Positions 35,268 to 43,172 of a stretch of 44,418 nucleotides of DNA are shown one piece after another. The notes beneath the pieces are model-generated. The model worked only from the letters and a program-made list of their open reading frames with translations, did not search any database and was not told the origin of the DNA. Every line of letters starts with the position of its first letter. Position 1 is the stretch's first letter. Made by a program: the position numbers and the translations under genes. Source of the DNA: a virus (taxonomy: Duplodnaviria; Caudoviricetes); IMG/VR virus record IMGVR_UViG_3300048080_000048, positions 1-44,418 of that record; one strand, given 5' to 3'.

Positions 35268-35968
35268 TGGCCACCTTCGACGCTCAGAGCGGCAACGTCG
35301 CCAGCAACAACACCACCGTCGCCGCCGGGCACACCATCGGTGCCGGGGCCAACCGGCTGCTGCTGGTGGGCGTCACCATCGGCGATGTCAACAACAACGG
35401 AGCATCCGTCTCCGGTATCACACTGGGGGCGACCGCACTCACCCCCTCCATCTCGGTCTTGAACGACGCGGTGATCGACGGCATCGTGGTGCAGGAAGAA
35501 CTCTGGTACCTGATCGCTCCCGCCTCGGGGCTCGATACCATCACCGTGACCTTGACCGCCGCCGCCCACGTCATGTTCTTCTCCGCCTCGTTCAGCGACG
35601 TGGACCAGACCAACCCGCTCGGGGGCGTGCTGGTCAACACCGCCTCCAACACGAACTCGATCACGACCAACGTGACCGGGACCGATGCCTCCAGTATCGT
35701 CTGGGACGGCACCGGGATCGCCGAAGGAACGCTGCCCGCCGGCATCACCCCGGGGACCGGGCAGACCGAACGCGGGGAGCTGGCGGTCACCGGAGACCCC
35801 AACGGGGTGCGCGGCAACGCCTCGACCGAGGCGGGAGGGGGAACCATCACCATGTCGCAGTCCACCGCCATCGTCGCCAACTTCGCTCAGATCGCGGTGG
35901 AAGTCCGCTCCCCCGGAGCCGCGGGGACCGGCGGCGCACCGTCCAACCGCGTCATGATCGGACACTAG
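35267..35968 (+). CDS. beta-sandwich virion/tail-associated protein
   Basis: GANRLLLVGV...ELWYLIAP...VDQTNP; TGATG-coupled. Confidence 0.65.
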   Translation: MATFDAQSGNVASNNTTVAAGHTIGAGANRLLLVGVTIGDVNNNGASVSGITLGATALTPSISVLNDAVIDGIVVQEELWYLIAPASGLDTITVTLTAAAHVMFFSASFSDVDQTNPLGGVLVNTASNTNSITTNVTGTDASSIVWDGTGIAEGTLPAGITPGTGQTERGELAVTGDPNGVRGNASTEAGGGTITMSQSTAIVANFAQIAVEVRSPGAAGTGGAPSNRVMIGH

Positions 35969-35977
35969 GGAGGAACC

Positions 35978-36181
35978 ATGATCGTCAAGTCCATGATTCG
36001 CGCCGCCCCCGGAGGCGATGGGCCGTTCTTCGTCGTCACCGAGAAGGAGGGTGTCGTCACCAACGTGACACTGACCCTCGCCAGCCTCGCCGCCGCGCTC
36101 GATCAGGCCAAGACCGATCAGGCGGCAGCCATCTCTGGCCTGACGTGGCAGCAGACCAGCATCGGCACCACTGCGGTCTAG
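35978..36181 (+). CDS. hypothetical protein
   Basis: GGGAGG RBS. Confidence 0.6.
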   Translation: MIVKSMIRAAPGGDGPFFVVTEKEGVVTNVTLTLASLAAALDQAKTDQAAAISGLTWQQTSIGTTAV

Positions 36182-36229
36182 ACCTTTCACCGCGTCGAGC
36201 GGTATGCTCGCCCACGACCAGGAGGGACC

Positions 36230-36769
36230 TTGGACCCACTGCTCTTGTCAGCCCTGCTATCGTTCGCGCCCGGGCTCCTGTCCAAGCTCTTTGGCGGGGA
36301 CCCGCGCAAGAAGTACATGGCGGAAATCCAGAAGCTGCTCGCCAGCCGCGGGGCGAGGACCGCCAGCCTCTATCAGCAGGTCCAGGGGTCTCCCGCCTTC
36401 TCCCAGGCGCAGGGCACGATCGCTGCGGGTGCGAACCAGGCTTCTGGCAACCTTGCCAGCTCGCTCGCGGCCCGTGGCATCGGCACGACGGGGACGGGGG
36501 CGGTGCTCTCGTCCCTGCTGCCGAGTCTGGTGGGGAGCCAGCAGGCGGGGTTGCGGACTGCGGCCTACCAGACGGCTGGCAGCCAGGCGGACCAGGACAT
36601 CCAGGCCCAGCTTGCGGCCCTGGCCGGAAGCCAGGGACCTTCCCAGAGCACCAACCTCTTCGCGGGTGGGCTATCGGCCTTCGGGCCTCTGCTGTCCCAG
36701 TGGCTCAAAATGAAGTATGGGGGCGGTGGAGGCGGTGGGTTGCCCGGTCAGGGCGTCACTTGGGACTGA
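36230..36769 (+). CDS. putative internal virion (ejection) protein 1
   Basis: MDP-type start, A/G/Q/S-rich, after the tail genes; GGAGGG RBS with TTG start. Confidence 0.6.
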   Translation: MDPLLLSALLSFAPGLLSKLFGGDPRKKYMAEIQKLLASRGARTASLYQQVQGSPAFSQAQGTIAAGANQASGNLASSLAARGIGTTGTGAVLSSLLPSLVGSQQAGLRTAAYQTAGSQADQDIQAQLAALAGSQGPSQSTNLFAGGLSAFGPLLSQWLKMKYGGGGGGGLPGQGVTWD

Positions 36770-36778
36770 GGCGATAAC

Positions 36779-38098
36779 ATGGTTCAGGGAGGATCAATCG
36801 TCGGCACGCTGGCGGGGATGGACCCTGCCACACTGGCCGAGTCGCTCCGCCGCCAGCAGGAGGAAGAACTGGCGGCCCGCACTCTGGCTGCGACTCAATC
36901 CGCGCAGTCCGCGGGGCAGGAATACCAGACCGCTGCCCAGGCTCCTCAACCAGAACTGAACATTTTCGAGCAGTTGATCCCCGCCCTGTTCGGCAACGTC
37001 GCCTCGGTGCTGTCTCAGAATCCGGTGTTTGGGGAGAGAGGCCAGGAGCAGGTCCAGCAGAGCCGGGCGACCTTGCTCCAAGCGAGAGCCCAAAATCTTT
37101 CCATGCTCAGGGAGGTGTGGAACAAGAAGGCGGATGCTGCCCAGCAGGCGGGCGACTTTGAAGCCGAGGCCAAGGCCAGGACCAAGCTCGAAAGCCTGCA
37201 CAACACCTACGACACGGTGAAGCAGAACGCAGACCGGGCCTTTACCGCCGAGCAGAACCGCCTCAATCGAGAAGCCCAAATAACGCAGGCCAGGATTTCA
37301 GCTTCCCGTCCTGCGGGCGGGGCCTTCGCTCAGTTCGATGCTGGTTCGGTGGCTCAGGGCATCGTCGAGGGGACCGTCGCTCCCGATCCGACCGGCTTCT
37401 CAAGGGGACAGTGGGGCGCCATCGTTGGACAGGTGAGAAAGATCGATCCCAAGTTCAACACCATGAAGGCGGGGCTCGACTATCACGGCGTGAGGCAGTT
37501 CGTCCGGACCTTGAACCAGGGGCAGCAGGTTCAGCTACGTCAGCGGGCTCAGAACGCGATGGTCACGGCGGACTTCATCAACGAACTGGTGGGGGAGATC
37601 CAGAGGAACGCCCCGCCTCGTACTCCTGTGACGGTTGCCAACCGCATGCAGTTGAACGCCATCAAGAATGGCGCGTGGGGGCCGGGTGCCGCCGATGCGG
37701 CCACCAAGCTGGAGGGCCAGATCGCCGCCTGGAGGCTGGAGATGGCTGCCGTCTACTCGGGAGGCTACGCACCTCAAGAGGCCCACTTGAAGGAAGCGAG
37801 TCACCTGATTGATCCCAACTGGAGCCTCAACCGGATTCAGGCGGGGCTCTTGATCGGACGGAGGGACACCAACATCCGCTTGAATGCCGTGAACGAAGTT
37901 GGAGCGATGGGGCCTTCCAATCCTCTGGTCCCAGGCGCTCCCCCGTCGGGTGCGGTGAATATCGGTCCCAACCCGATGCCGTTTGGAGTGGCGGGACAAC
38001 CCACGACGGTGCTGATGCTAACCAAGAACGGCAAGCAGTACCACGTCGCCCCGGACAAGGTGGCCGAGGCTGAAGCCGCGGGGCTCAAGAGGAAGTAG
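36779..38098 (+). CDS. putative internal virion (ejection) protein 2
   Basis: Q/A-rich coiled coil; FTAEQNRLNRE motif. Confidence 0.6.
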   Translation: MVQGGSIVGTLAGMDPATLAESLRRQQEEELAARTLAATQSAQSAGQEYQTAAQAPQPELNIFEQLIPALFGNVASVLSQNPVFGERGQEQVQQSRATLLQARAQNLSMLREVWNKKADAAQQAGDFEAEAKARTKLESLHNTYDTVKQNADRAFTAEQNRLNREAQITQARISASRPAGGAFAQFDAGSVAQGIVEGTVAPDPTGFSRGQWGAIVGQVRKIDPKFNTMKAGLDYHGVRQFVRTLNQGQQVQLRQRAQNAMVTADFINELVGEIQRNAPPRTPVTVANRMQLNAIKNGAWGPGAADAATKLEGQIAAWRLEMAAVYSGGYAPQEAHLKEASHLIDPNWSLNRIQAGLLIGRRDTNIRLNAVNEVGAMGPSNPLVPGAPPSGAVNIGPNPMPFGVAGQPTTVLMLTKNGKQYHVAPDKVAEAEAAGLKRK

Positions 38099-39331
38099 AT
38101 GGCCGACAAGAGCGAAGCGTGGGCCAAGGCGAACGCCATCCCGGCCGATGAGGCATGGGCAGAGGCCAATGCCAGCCCGGCTGTCACGGTCAAGGAGCAC
38201 GTCCGGGCTCGACCTGGGTTCCTGAAGCAGCTCGCCCGCTCTCAGGCCAAGAACCTTCCGGCCTATGGGGCCACCCTCGGGGCCGCCTTGGGTGCCCCGG
38301 CCTTGGCTGCGGGGCAGGTGGGAGTCCCAGTCGGGATGGCGATGGGTGGGGCGGCTCTAGGCAAGGCCATCGAACAGTCTCTTTCCGGCCCTCTCGGGGT
38401 TGAGGGTCCTTCCGGTCTGCCCGAGGCATACGCCCAGCAAGCTGGCTCTGCCGCCCTCTACGGGGCAGCGGAGGGAATCCCTGGTCAAGTCCTAGCCCCG
38501 GCCCTGAAAGCCGGTGGGCAGGCATTTGCGCGCTCCCAGATGGCCCGTGCGCTCGCTCCCTCCAAGGCGCTCGTCAAGAACTTCCGGACCGTGGTGGAGG
38601 ATGCTCTGAGACAAGGGGCGTCGGTCAATCGATGGTTTGGCAAAGGCGGTGCGGAGGCTGCCGATCAGGTGAGGAGAGATGCCACCGGGAAAGTGGTTGG
38701 ACTGCTCCGGGCCGCGACGTCCAGGGGGGAAACCATCGACATCGGCCAGGTGTCTGCTCCGGTGGTTCAGGCGGTGGAGAAGAAACTCGGTAGACCGCTA
38801 GACACCACCGAAATGATCGACTTGGTCAAGACCGTTCAAGATCGTTCTGATGAACTGCTCTTGAGGTCGGTCATGGGCGTGAGCCAGCGAAGCTCCAAGC
38901 TCATGAACCCCTTGGCGGCGGACGAACTGAGGAAGGCGGCGGCTCGCCAAGCATCAGCCTCGCTAAAAGCCGAGGCTTCTGGCCTTCCAACGACTGCGAT
39001 TCCGGACATGGACCGTCTGATTGCCAAGGGGGCGGGAAGCGCCGTCAAGACCCTTCGTGGAGTCCGTGCGGCCAGGGCGATAGAGAAGAAGGCCATCGGT
39101 GTTTCAAGGGCGGTCTTTGAGTCGGAGGTCAAACCCTATTCTGCGGGGATTGGTGTTGGGGTAGGGCCGGTGAAAGCCGGAGTTACCATCCCCCCGGGGC
39201 TGGCTTCGAGGCTGGCGCTGGCTTCGTGGGCGTTGGGCAACCCCATGATTGCTCCTTTGGCGACGAACATTCTCAGAACTGGAGTGGCAGTCGGCGGAGC
39301 TACGGCTCCGGCGCAAGAGAGAAGCTACTAA
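38099..39331 (+). CDS. putative internal virion (ejection) protein 3
   Basis: A/G-rich with glycine-zipper-like hydrophobic segments. Confidence 0.6.
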   Translation: MADKSEAWAKANAIPADEAWAEANASPAVTVKEHVRARPGFLKQLARSQAKNLPAYGATLGAALGAPALAAGQVGVPVGMAMGGAALGKAIEQSLSGPLGVEGPSGLPEAYAQQAGSAALYGAAEGIPGQVLAPALKAGGQAFARSQMARALAPSKALVKNFRTVVEDALRQGASVNRWFGKGGAEAADQVRRDATGKVVGLLRAATSRGETIDIGQVSAPVVQAVEKKLGRPLDTTEMIDLVKTVQDRSDELLLRSVMGVSQRSSKLMNPLAADELRKAAARQASASLKAEASGLPTTAIPDMDRLIAKGAGSAVKTLRGVRAARAIEKKAIGVSRAVFESEVKPYSAGIGVGVGPVKAGVTIPPGLASRLALASWALGNPMIAPLATNILRTGVAVGGATAPAQERSY

Positions 39332-39403
39332 CCGGGGCGCAACGGCGGGGCCGATGAGAGCCGTGGCACATGGATGTGCCCGCGCCCCGAATCAGGAGGA
39401 TGG

Positions 39404-39805
39404 ATGAGCCCTGACGAATGGAGCAAGATCCGCTGGTTTTCCAGCGAAGAGTTCGACTCGAAGGACCTCCCCGGCTCGGGGCTCTCGGGGATGCAGGCTC
39501 CGTTCATCTTCAAGCTGGATGAGCTGAGAGGCCGCTGGGGCAAGGCTCTCTCGGTCAACTCGGGATTCAGGACGGCGGAGCACAATGCCAGGGTCGGTGG
39601 CAAGCCCAACAGTGCTCACCTGAGAGGACTTGCCGCCGATCTCAAGACCTCCGGGCTGACCGAAGCTATCCGACTAGCGATCTGCGCCGCCCAGATGGGG
39701 TTCAAGCGTATCGGCGTGGACAAGGCGGGTCGCTACATCCATGTCGACCTGGACGAAGCCCTGCCGATGGCGACCTGGTTCTACTCGGAAGAGATCTTCG
39801 CGTGA
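39404..39805 (+). CDS. endolysin, peptidase M15 family
   Basis: SGFRTAEHNARVGG..NSAHLRGLAADL...YIHVD; AGGAGG RBS. Confidence 0.9.
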   Translation: MSPDEWSKIRWFSSEEFDSKDLPGSGLSGMQAPFIFKLDELRGRWGKALSVNSGFRTAEHNARVGGKPNSAHLRGLAADLKTSGLTEAIRLAICAAQMGFKRIGVDKAGRYIHVDLDEALPMATWFYSEEIFA

Positions 39806-40134
39806 GCGAGGTCAATCTTGAACATATTCGGGACGGGGTAGAGGACTTGAAAACCGCGCTCGCGGTCCATGATTCCAGGGTCGAGGCCAACGTCGGCCGT
39901 CTGGTGGATGCTCAGGAGCGCATGGCGTCGGCGGTGGAGCGGATCGGCGATGCGACGCTGGCCATCAAGGGCCTGACCGAGCAGATGCGGAAGAACGGCG
40001 ACGTGAAGCCGACCGCGACGCTGGCCATCGACAATAAGACCCTGCGCTGGATGATCGGGGCTCTGCTGCTGGGGTCGGTCGCTATCGGTGGCGGGGAGAA
40101 AGCGGTCTCGGCGATGCTGGCACTGTTCGGGTGA
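39802..40134 (+). CDS. coiled-coil protein with C-terminal TM segment (lysis module)
   Basis: WMIGALLLGSVAIGG hydrophobic segment. Confidence 0.6.
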   Translation: MSEVNLEHIRDGVEDLKTALAVHDSRVEANVGRLVDAQERMASAVERIGDATLAIKGLTEQMRKNGDVKPTATLAIDNKTLRWMIGALLLGSVAIGGGEKAVSAMLALFG

Positions 40135-40156
40135 ACCGTAACCAGAGGAGGATGTC

Positions 40157-40528
40157 ATGGAGAACGTCACTGGAGTGCTGCAAAACCCGCTGTTCCTGGC
40201 CGTCCTGGGGATCGTCTTCGCCCGTGCGCCCAAGGTCAGGGTCTTCATCGCCAACTCGATCATCCCCTACATCCAGACGGCGATTGCTTTCCTGCCGACG
40301 CTCTTGGGGTCTTTGAGCGGGGCGACGGTGCCGGCCAATGCCTGGGCCGGTCCACTGGCGCTGGACCACTACCCGCAGCTGATGATCGGCTTCAACTTCT
40401 TCGGCTCGGCGGGAGGACTTCTGGGGGGATTGGCGGGAGCGGCATGGCAGGCGGCTCAGTCCCACCTGCTCTACAAGCTCTTCCTCCACAAGCCGCTGGG
40501 GAGAGACCCTATCGACTCCAAGCAGTAG
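40157..40528 (+). CDS. holin-like membrane protein
   Basis: 2-3 hydrophobic segments, last gene of the lysis module; GAGGAGG RBS. Confidence 0.55.
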   Translation: MENVTGVLQNPLFLAVLGIVFARAPKVRVFIANSIIPYIQTAIAFLPTLLGSLSGATVPANAWAGPLALDHYPQLMIGFNFFGSAGGLLGGLAGAAWQAAQSHLLYKLFLHKPLGRDPIDSKQ

Positions 40529-40558
40529 CAGCCGCAAGTTATGATCGAGATTTGAACT

Positions 40559-40635
40559 TGTGCGGGATGGTCGTGGCCGCAGTGCGGGCAGGGCGCTGAG
40601 CACGCGCGTCGACGAAAGTCCACCAATCACGCACA
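40559..40635 (+). ncRNA. candidate three-way-junction RNA motif, copy B
   Basis: TGTGCG..GATGG/CCAATC..CGCACA stem, CGTG..AG-CACG arm, GAC-GAAA-GTC hairpin. Confidence 0.4.
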
Positions 40636-40679
40636 CGGGACCCCGCGGATGAAGGCGGGTTGTCCCGTGTCTTTTTTTT
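40633..40679 (+). terminator. intrinsic terminator of the late operon
   Basis: ACACGGGAC-CCCGC/GCGGG-TT-GTCCCGTGT stem followed by C and T8. Confidence 0.85.
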
Positions 40680-40694
40680 GGCCGATGGAAGTGT

Positions 40695-40779
40695 GCGGGG
40701 GTGGCGAAATCAGGCAAACGCACTCGCCTTGGACGCGAGTGGGTCCAAACCCTTGCGGGTTCGAATCCCGTCCCCCGCA
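40695..40779 (+). tRNA. class II tRNA with Leu-type body and TGG (Pro) anticodon; CCA not encoded
   Basis: Acceptor GCGGGGG/CCCCCGC, A73; D-arm GCG-AAATCAGGCAAA-CGC; anticodon arm CTCGC-CTTGGAC-GCGAG; V-arm GGGT-CCAA-ACCC; T-arm GCGGG-TTCGAAT-CCCGT. Confidence 0.9.
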
Positions 40780-40868
40780 CACAAACAAGCCTGTCATTGG
40801 CACGTCCATGGTGTCAACCAGCTACATGAGGCGGCGGCCCTCCGGGGATAGTCCAAGGACCCCGGTAG

Positions 40869-40900
40869 AAAAAAACCCCTTCGGCGCAAGCCGAAGGGGT
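40869..40900 (-). terminator. intrinsic terminator (minus strand)
   Basis: CCCCTTCGGC/GCCGAAGGGG 10-bp stem followed by T7 on the minus strand. Confidence 0.85.
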
Positions 40901-40950
40901 CAAGGGAAGACCTACCCCGTCCCAAGGGACGGCTCAGTCCTCGTCCACAA

Positions 40951-40979
40951 GATATGCCCAATGCTTGCTTGGTTGTCAA
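40951..40979 (-). promoter_or_regulatory. sigma70-like promoter for a candidate sRNA
   Basis: TTGACA-N17-CATATC. Confidence 0.5.
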
Positions 40980-41314
40980 GGGGCCTTCTTAGCTGGCTCG
41001 CGCAGATTGGCAATTCGCACGATGGCCTTGGTCGGGATGGTCATGTCGCCACAACCTTGGCGGCCGATGGTGTTCGCGTGTGGCGTGGTGAGGTGGGGCA
41101 CCACCACCTTGCAGTCGGGGCCGTCGTAGACCAGCCAGCCGACCGACTTACAAGCGAGCGCCTGGGCGCTACAGCCGTCGAGTGGCTGCCAATCCGAGGA
41201 ACACCCGAACGAGTCAAGCCACTCGACGTAGACCAGGCTACGGCTTCTTGCGCTTCTTCGGCTTCGGCGGCTCGTACTGCGTGAGGGCCGACCCTGCGAC
41301 GCTGTCTCGCTCAT
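40976..41314 (-). CDS. conserved small phage protein
   Basis: LVYVEWLDS...W...CKSVGWL...IP..AI pattern. Confidence 0.7.
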   Translation of the reverse strand: MSETASQGRPSRSTSRRSRRSARSRSLVYVEWLDSFGCSSDWQPLDGCSAQALACKSVGWLVYDGPDCKVVVPHLTTPHANTIGRQGCGDMTIPTKAIVRIANLREPAKKAP

Positions 41315-41724
41315 GCTACCCCCGCCTGCTGGAGCCTCTGCTTCAGACTGACTCGCATCCCGGCTAGGTCCACCCGTCTCCCGTTCGAGCGCAGCTTGAG
41401 CATGTCGAATCGCTCCTGCCCGATCTTGGCAATCACCCAGTCGCGCTTCTGCTCCCAGTGCTGGTCCATGTATCTGTGACAGCCTCGGCACCATGCCCAA
41501 GCATTGTCTTCATCCCAGCGCACCGAACGTGCGGCGCGTGTGAAGACGTGACACCAAGAGAGCCAGCCCGTCCTGAGACATCGCTGGCAGGCTCCGTACC
41601 ACTGGTTGCGTCCCTCGTCCGTCGCCAGTCCGGCATTGGCCCGCAGCATGACCAGCGTGCGGGCCATGTCGTCTAGCTCTTTGATGGACGGCGTGAGTTT
41701 CCTGCGGATCGGCGTGCGAATCAT
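41311..41724 (-). CDS. NinG/Rap-like HNH-fold nuclease
   Basis: LDD...CQRC...CHVFTR...VRWDEDN...CRGCH. Confidence 0.7.
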   Translation of the reverse strand: MIRTPIRRKLTPSIKELDDMARTLVMLRANAGLATDEGRNQWYGACQRCLRTGWLSWCHVFTRAARSVRWDEDNAWAWCRGCHRYMDQHWEQKRDWVIAKIGQERFDMLKLRSNGRRVDLAGMRVSLKQRLQQAGVA

Positions 41725-41725
41725 C

Positions 41726-41878
41726 CTACCAGTCGATCAGGATGTCGAACGCGCACACGGTGTTCCAGTAGAGCGAGTGCCAGCCGAACTTGGCGGCCTT
41801 ATCGCACGAGTCGAGCGCCGATGCGGTCACCGGGCTCATCAAGGCGAGCAACGCTACCACCACGATCATCCGCTTCAT
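41726..41878 (-). CDS. small secreted peptide (signal peptide plus 29-aa mature part)
   Basis: Manual translation MKRMIVVVALLALMSPVTASA-LDSCDKAAKFGWHSLYWNTVCAFDILIDW; GGAGGAG RBS and ATGA coupling. Confidence 0.7.
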   Translation of the reverse strand: MKRMIVVVALLALMSPVTASALDSCDKAAKFGWHSLYWNTVCAFDILIDW

Positions 41879-42360
41879 GGTGCTCCTCCGCTTGCAGGGG
41901 CCAGTGCGGTGGCCCGGCTGCGTTGAACGACCCGCACGCCGTTGATGTCCCGGAGCGCCAGATCAGGCTTCGGGAAGGAAACCAGCAGCACCACGTCGCC
42001 GGTACGGCCGTGCTCCAGATCGCCGGGGTCCACTTCCCGGCTGAACTGCCCCAGGAATATCGGCCGCCACTCGGGGCGCGGGCTCATGGCCATGATAACG
42101 CTCGCCTCGAAGATCCGGCCATCCTTGAGGTCGAGTGCGATGGTCTGCCTCGCCGGCCATCGTACCGTGGAGTCCCAGTCGGCGGCGAAGGTGAACCACG
42201 CTTCGGAACTCTGCGTTCGTAAGGCGATGCGGTACGCCTGTGCTGCTCCCTCGCCCAGCATCGAGAGCACGTCGAGCCGGGGCCGCCACTCGCGCATGAG
42301 GGTCAGACGGTCCCCCTGCGGGGTCAGAGCGGTGAGGGCCGCGAGCAGCAGGAGGGTCAT
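41875..42360 (-). CDS. putative exported protein
   Basis: MTLLLLAALTALT hydrophobic N-terminus; GGAGGAG RBS. Confidence 0.65.
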   Translation of the reverse strand: MTLLLLAALTALTPQGDRLTLMREWRPRLDVLSMLGEGAAQAYRIALRTQSSEAWFTFAADWDSTVRWPARQTIALDLKDGRIFEASVIMAMSPRPEWRPIFLGQFSREVDPGDLEHGRTGDVVLLVSFPKPDLALRDINGVRVVQRSRATALAPASGGAP

Positions 42361-42572
42361 GGCTTCTTCTCCTCCATCTCCGCCTCATACCGTTTCACCG
42401 GAGCGAGCGGCCCCAGTGCGTTGATCCACTCCTTCACCTCCGGGTCGTTGATCGCCTGCTCCAGCGCGATGCGGTCGCAGCCCTGGCCGAGGGGCGACAT
42501 CATCTCGTCAGCGTGAACCACGATGCTCGCCAGCTTGGACGCGAGCGATGCCGACAGCGCGAGCGCCTTCAC
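42357..42572 (-). CDS. hypothetical protein
   Basis: GTGA coupling; KLASIVVHADE...DPEVKEW. Confidence 0.6.
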   Translation of the reverse strand: MKALALSASLASKLASIVVHADEMMSPLGQGCDRIALEQAINDPEVKEWINALGPLAPVKRYEAEMEEKKP

Positions 42573-42979
42573 GATCTGCCTCCACGGATCGCAGCGGCGA
42601 CGCGCAGGCACGCTCCATTCCACGCCTCAGCATCATGCACGTTAGGCCACGCATCTGGAGTTGGGTTTCCGAGCATCTCATCCGCCACCTTCGCGCACCG
42701 CTCTCGTTCAGTAAGCGCGCCGACACGGCCCGCCCTCTCAAACTCGCGCTTGAAGTGGTCGGCTGGGTCCATGCCTTCCGTCTCGGCGAGCCAGCCCATG
42801 CGACGCAGGATGTCGTGGCGCTCCTCCACCCGCGCCTCGTCCGCCACGCGCGCGAGCAGGGCGGAGAGATCGCCCACGCAGTGCTCCCAACCATCCCACT
42901 CCGGTGCGCCGGGCATGGTCGCAAGACTGCCAAGCCACTCCCTCGCCACGTCGGCGTAGTCGCGCGCGGGGCTAGGCAT
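42569..42979 (-). CDS. hypothetical protein, paralog of 1751..2044
   Basis: AAGGAG RBS; AREWLGSLATMPGAPEWDGWE; ERERCAKVA...AAAIR. Confidence 0.65.
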   Translation of the reverse strand: MPSPARDYADVAREWLGSLATMPGAPEWDGWEHCVGDLSALLARVADEARVEERHDILRRMGWLAETEGMDPADHFKREFERAGRVGALTERERCAKVADEMLGNPTPDAWPNVHDAEAWNGACLRVAAAIRGGRS

Positions 42980-43172
42980 CAAGCGGCTCCTTGTAGACAT
43001 CCACGAAGCCATGCCCGAGGCTACGTGCCTTGAGCCGTCTTAGCCTTCCGGCCACGGTGGGGCTGTCAAGTTCGCAGGCCAGAATCATCCTCCACTCGGC
43101 GGCCGTCATGCGTTGGGTGTATCCCTCGCTCGTCCAATGCCCGTCGTGGCGAGGGTCCTTTGGTTCAGTCAT
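42972..43172 (-). CDS. hypothetical protein
   Basis: AAGGAG RBS before MTEPKD. Confidence 0.55.
   Translation of the reverse strand: MTEPKDPRHDGHWTSEGYTQRMTAAEWRMILACELDSPTVAGRLRRLKARSLGHGFVDVYKEPLDA

Noticed and set aside
16241-36190. Long minus-strand ORFs (e.g. 16241..17311, 17599..18828, 23083..24609, 28149..29495, 35168..36190) and alternate-frame plus ORFs
   Set aside because: Shadow frames of high-GC genes with no motifs; the plus-strand genes tile with coupled starts and stops.
36179-36208. Internal promoter TAGACC-N18-TATGCT before the ejection genes
   Set aside because: Weak -35 and non-modal spacing; not supportable without TSS data.
40596-40620. Hammerhead ribozyme (CTGAG..GAAA); also CCGATGAG near 39351
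   Set aside because: The core does not match CUGANGA-stem II-GAAA with the required stems.
40695-40779. Genome-wide reassignment of CCA to Leu, or reading the tRNA as Ser(GGA)
   Set aside because: The conserved Pro in the HNH motif CVNPAH is encoded by CCA. The 5-bp anticodon stem fixes TGG at 34-36, and A73 is not Ser-like.
40695-40779. tRNA as attP or prophage boundary
   Set aside because: No integrase is recognised, there is no duplicated tRNA 3' end, and no host genes flank it.
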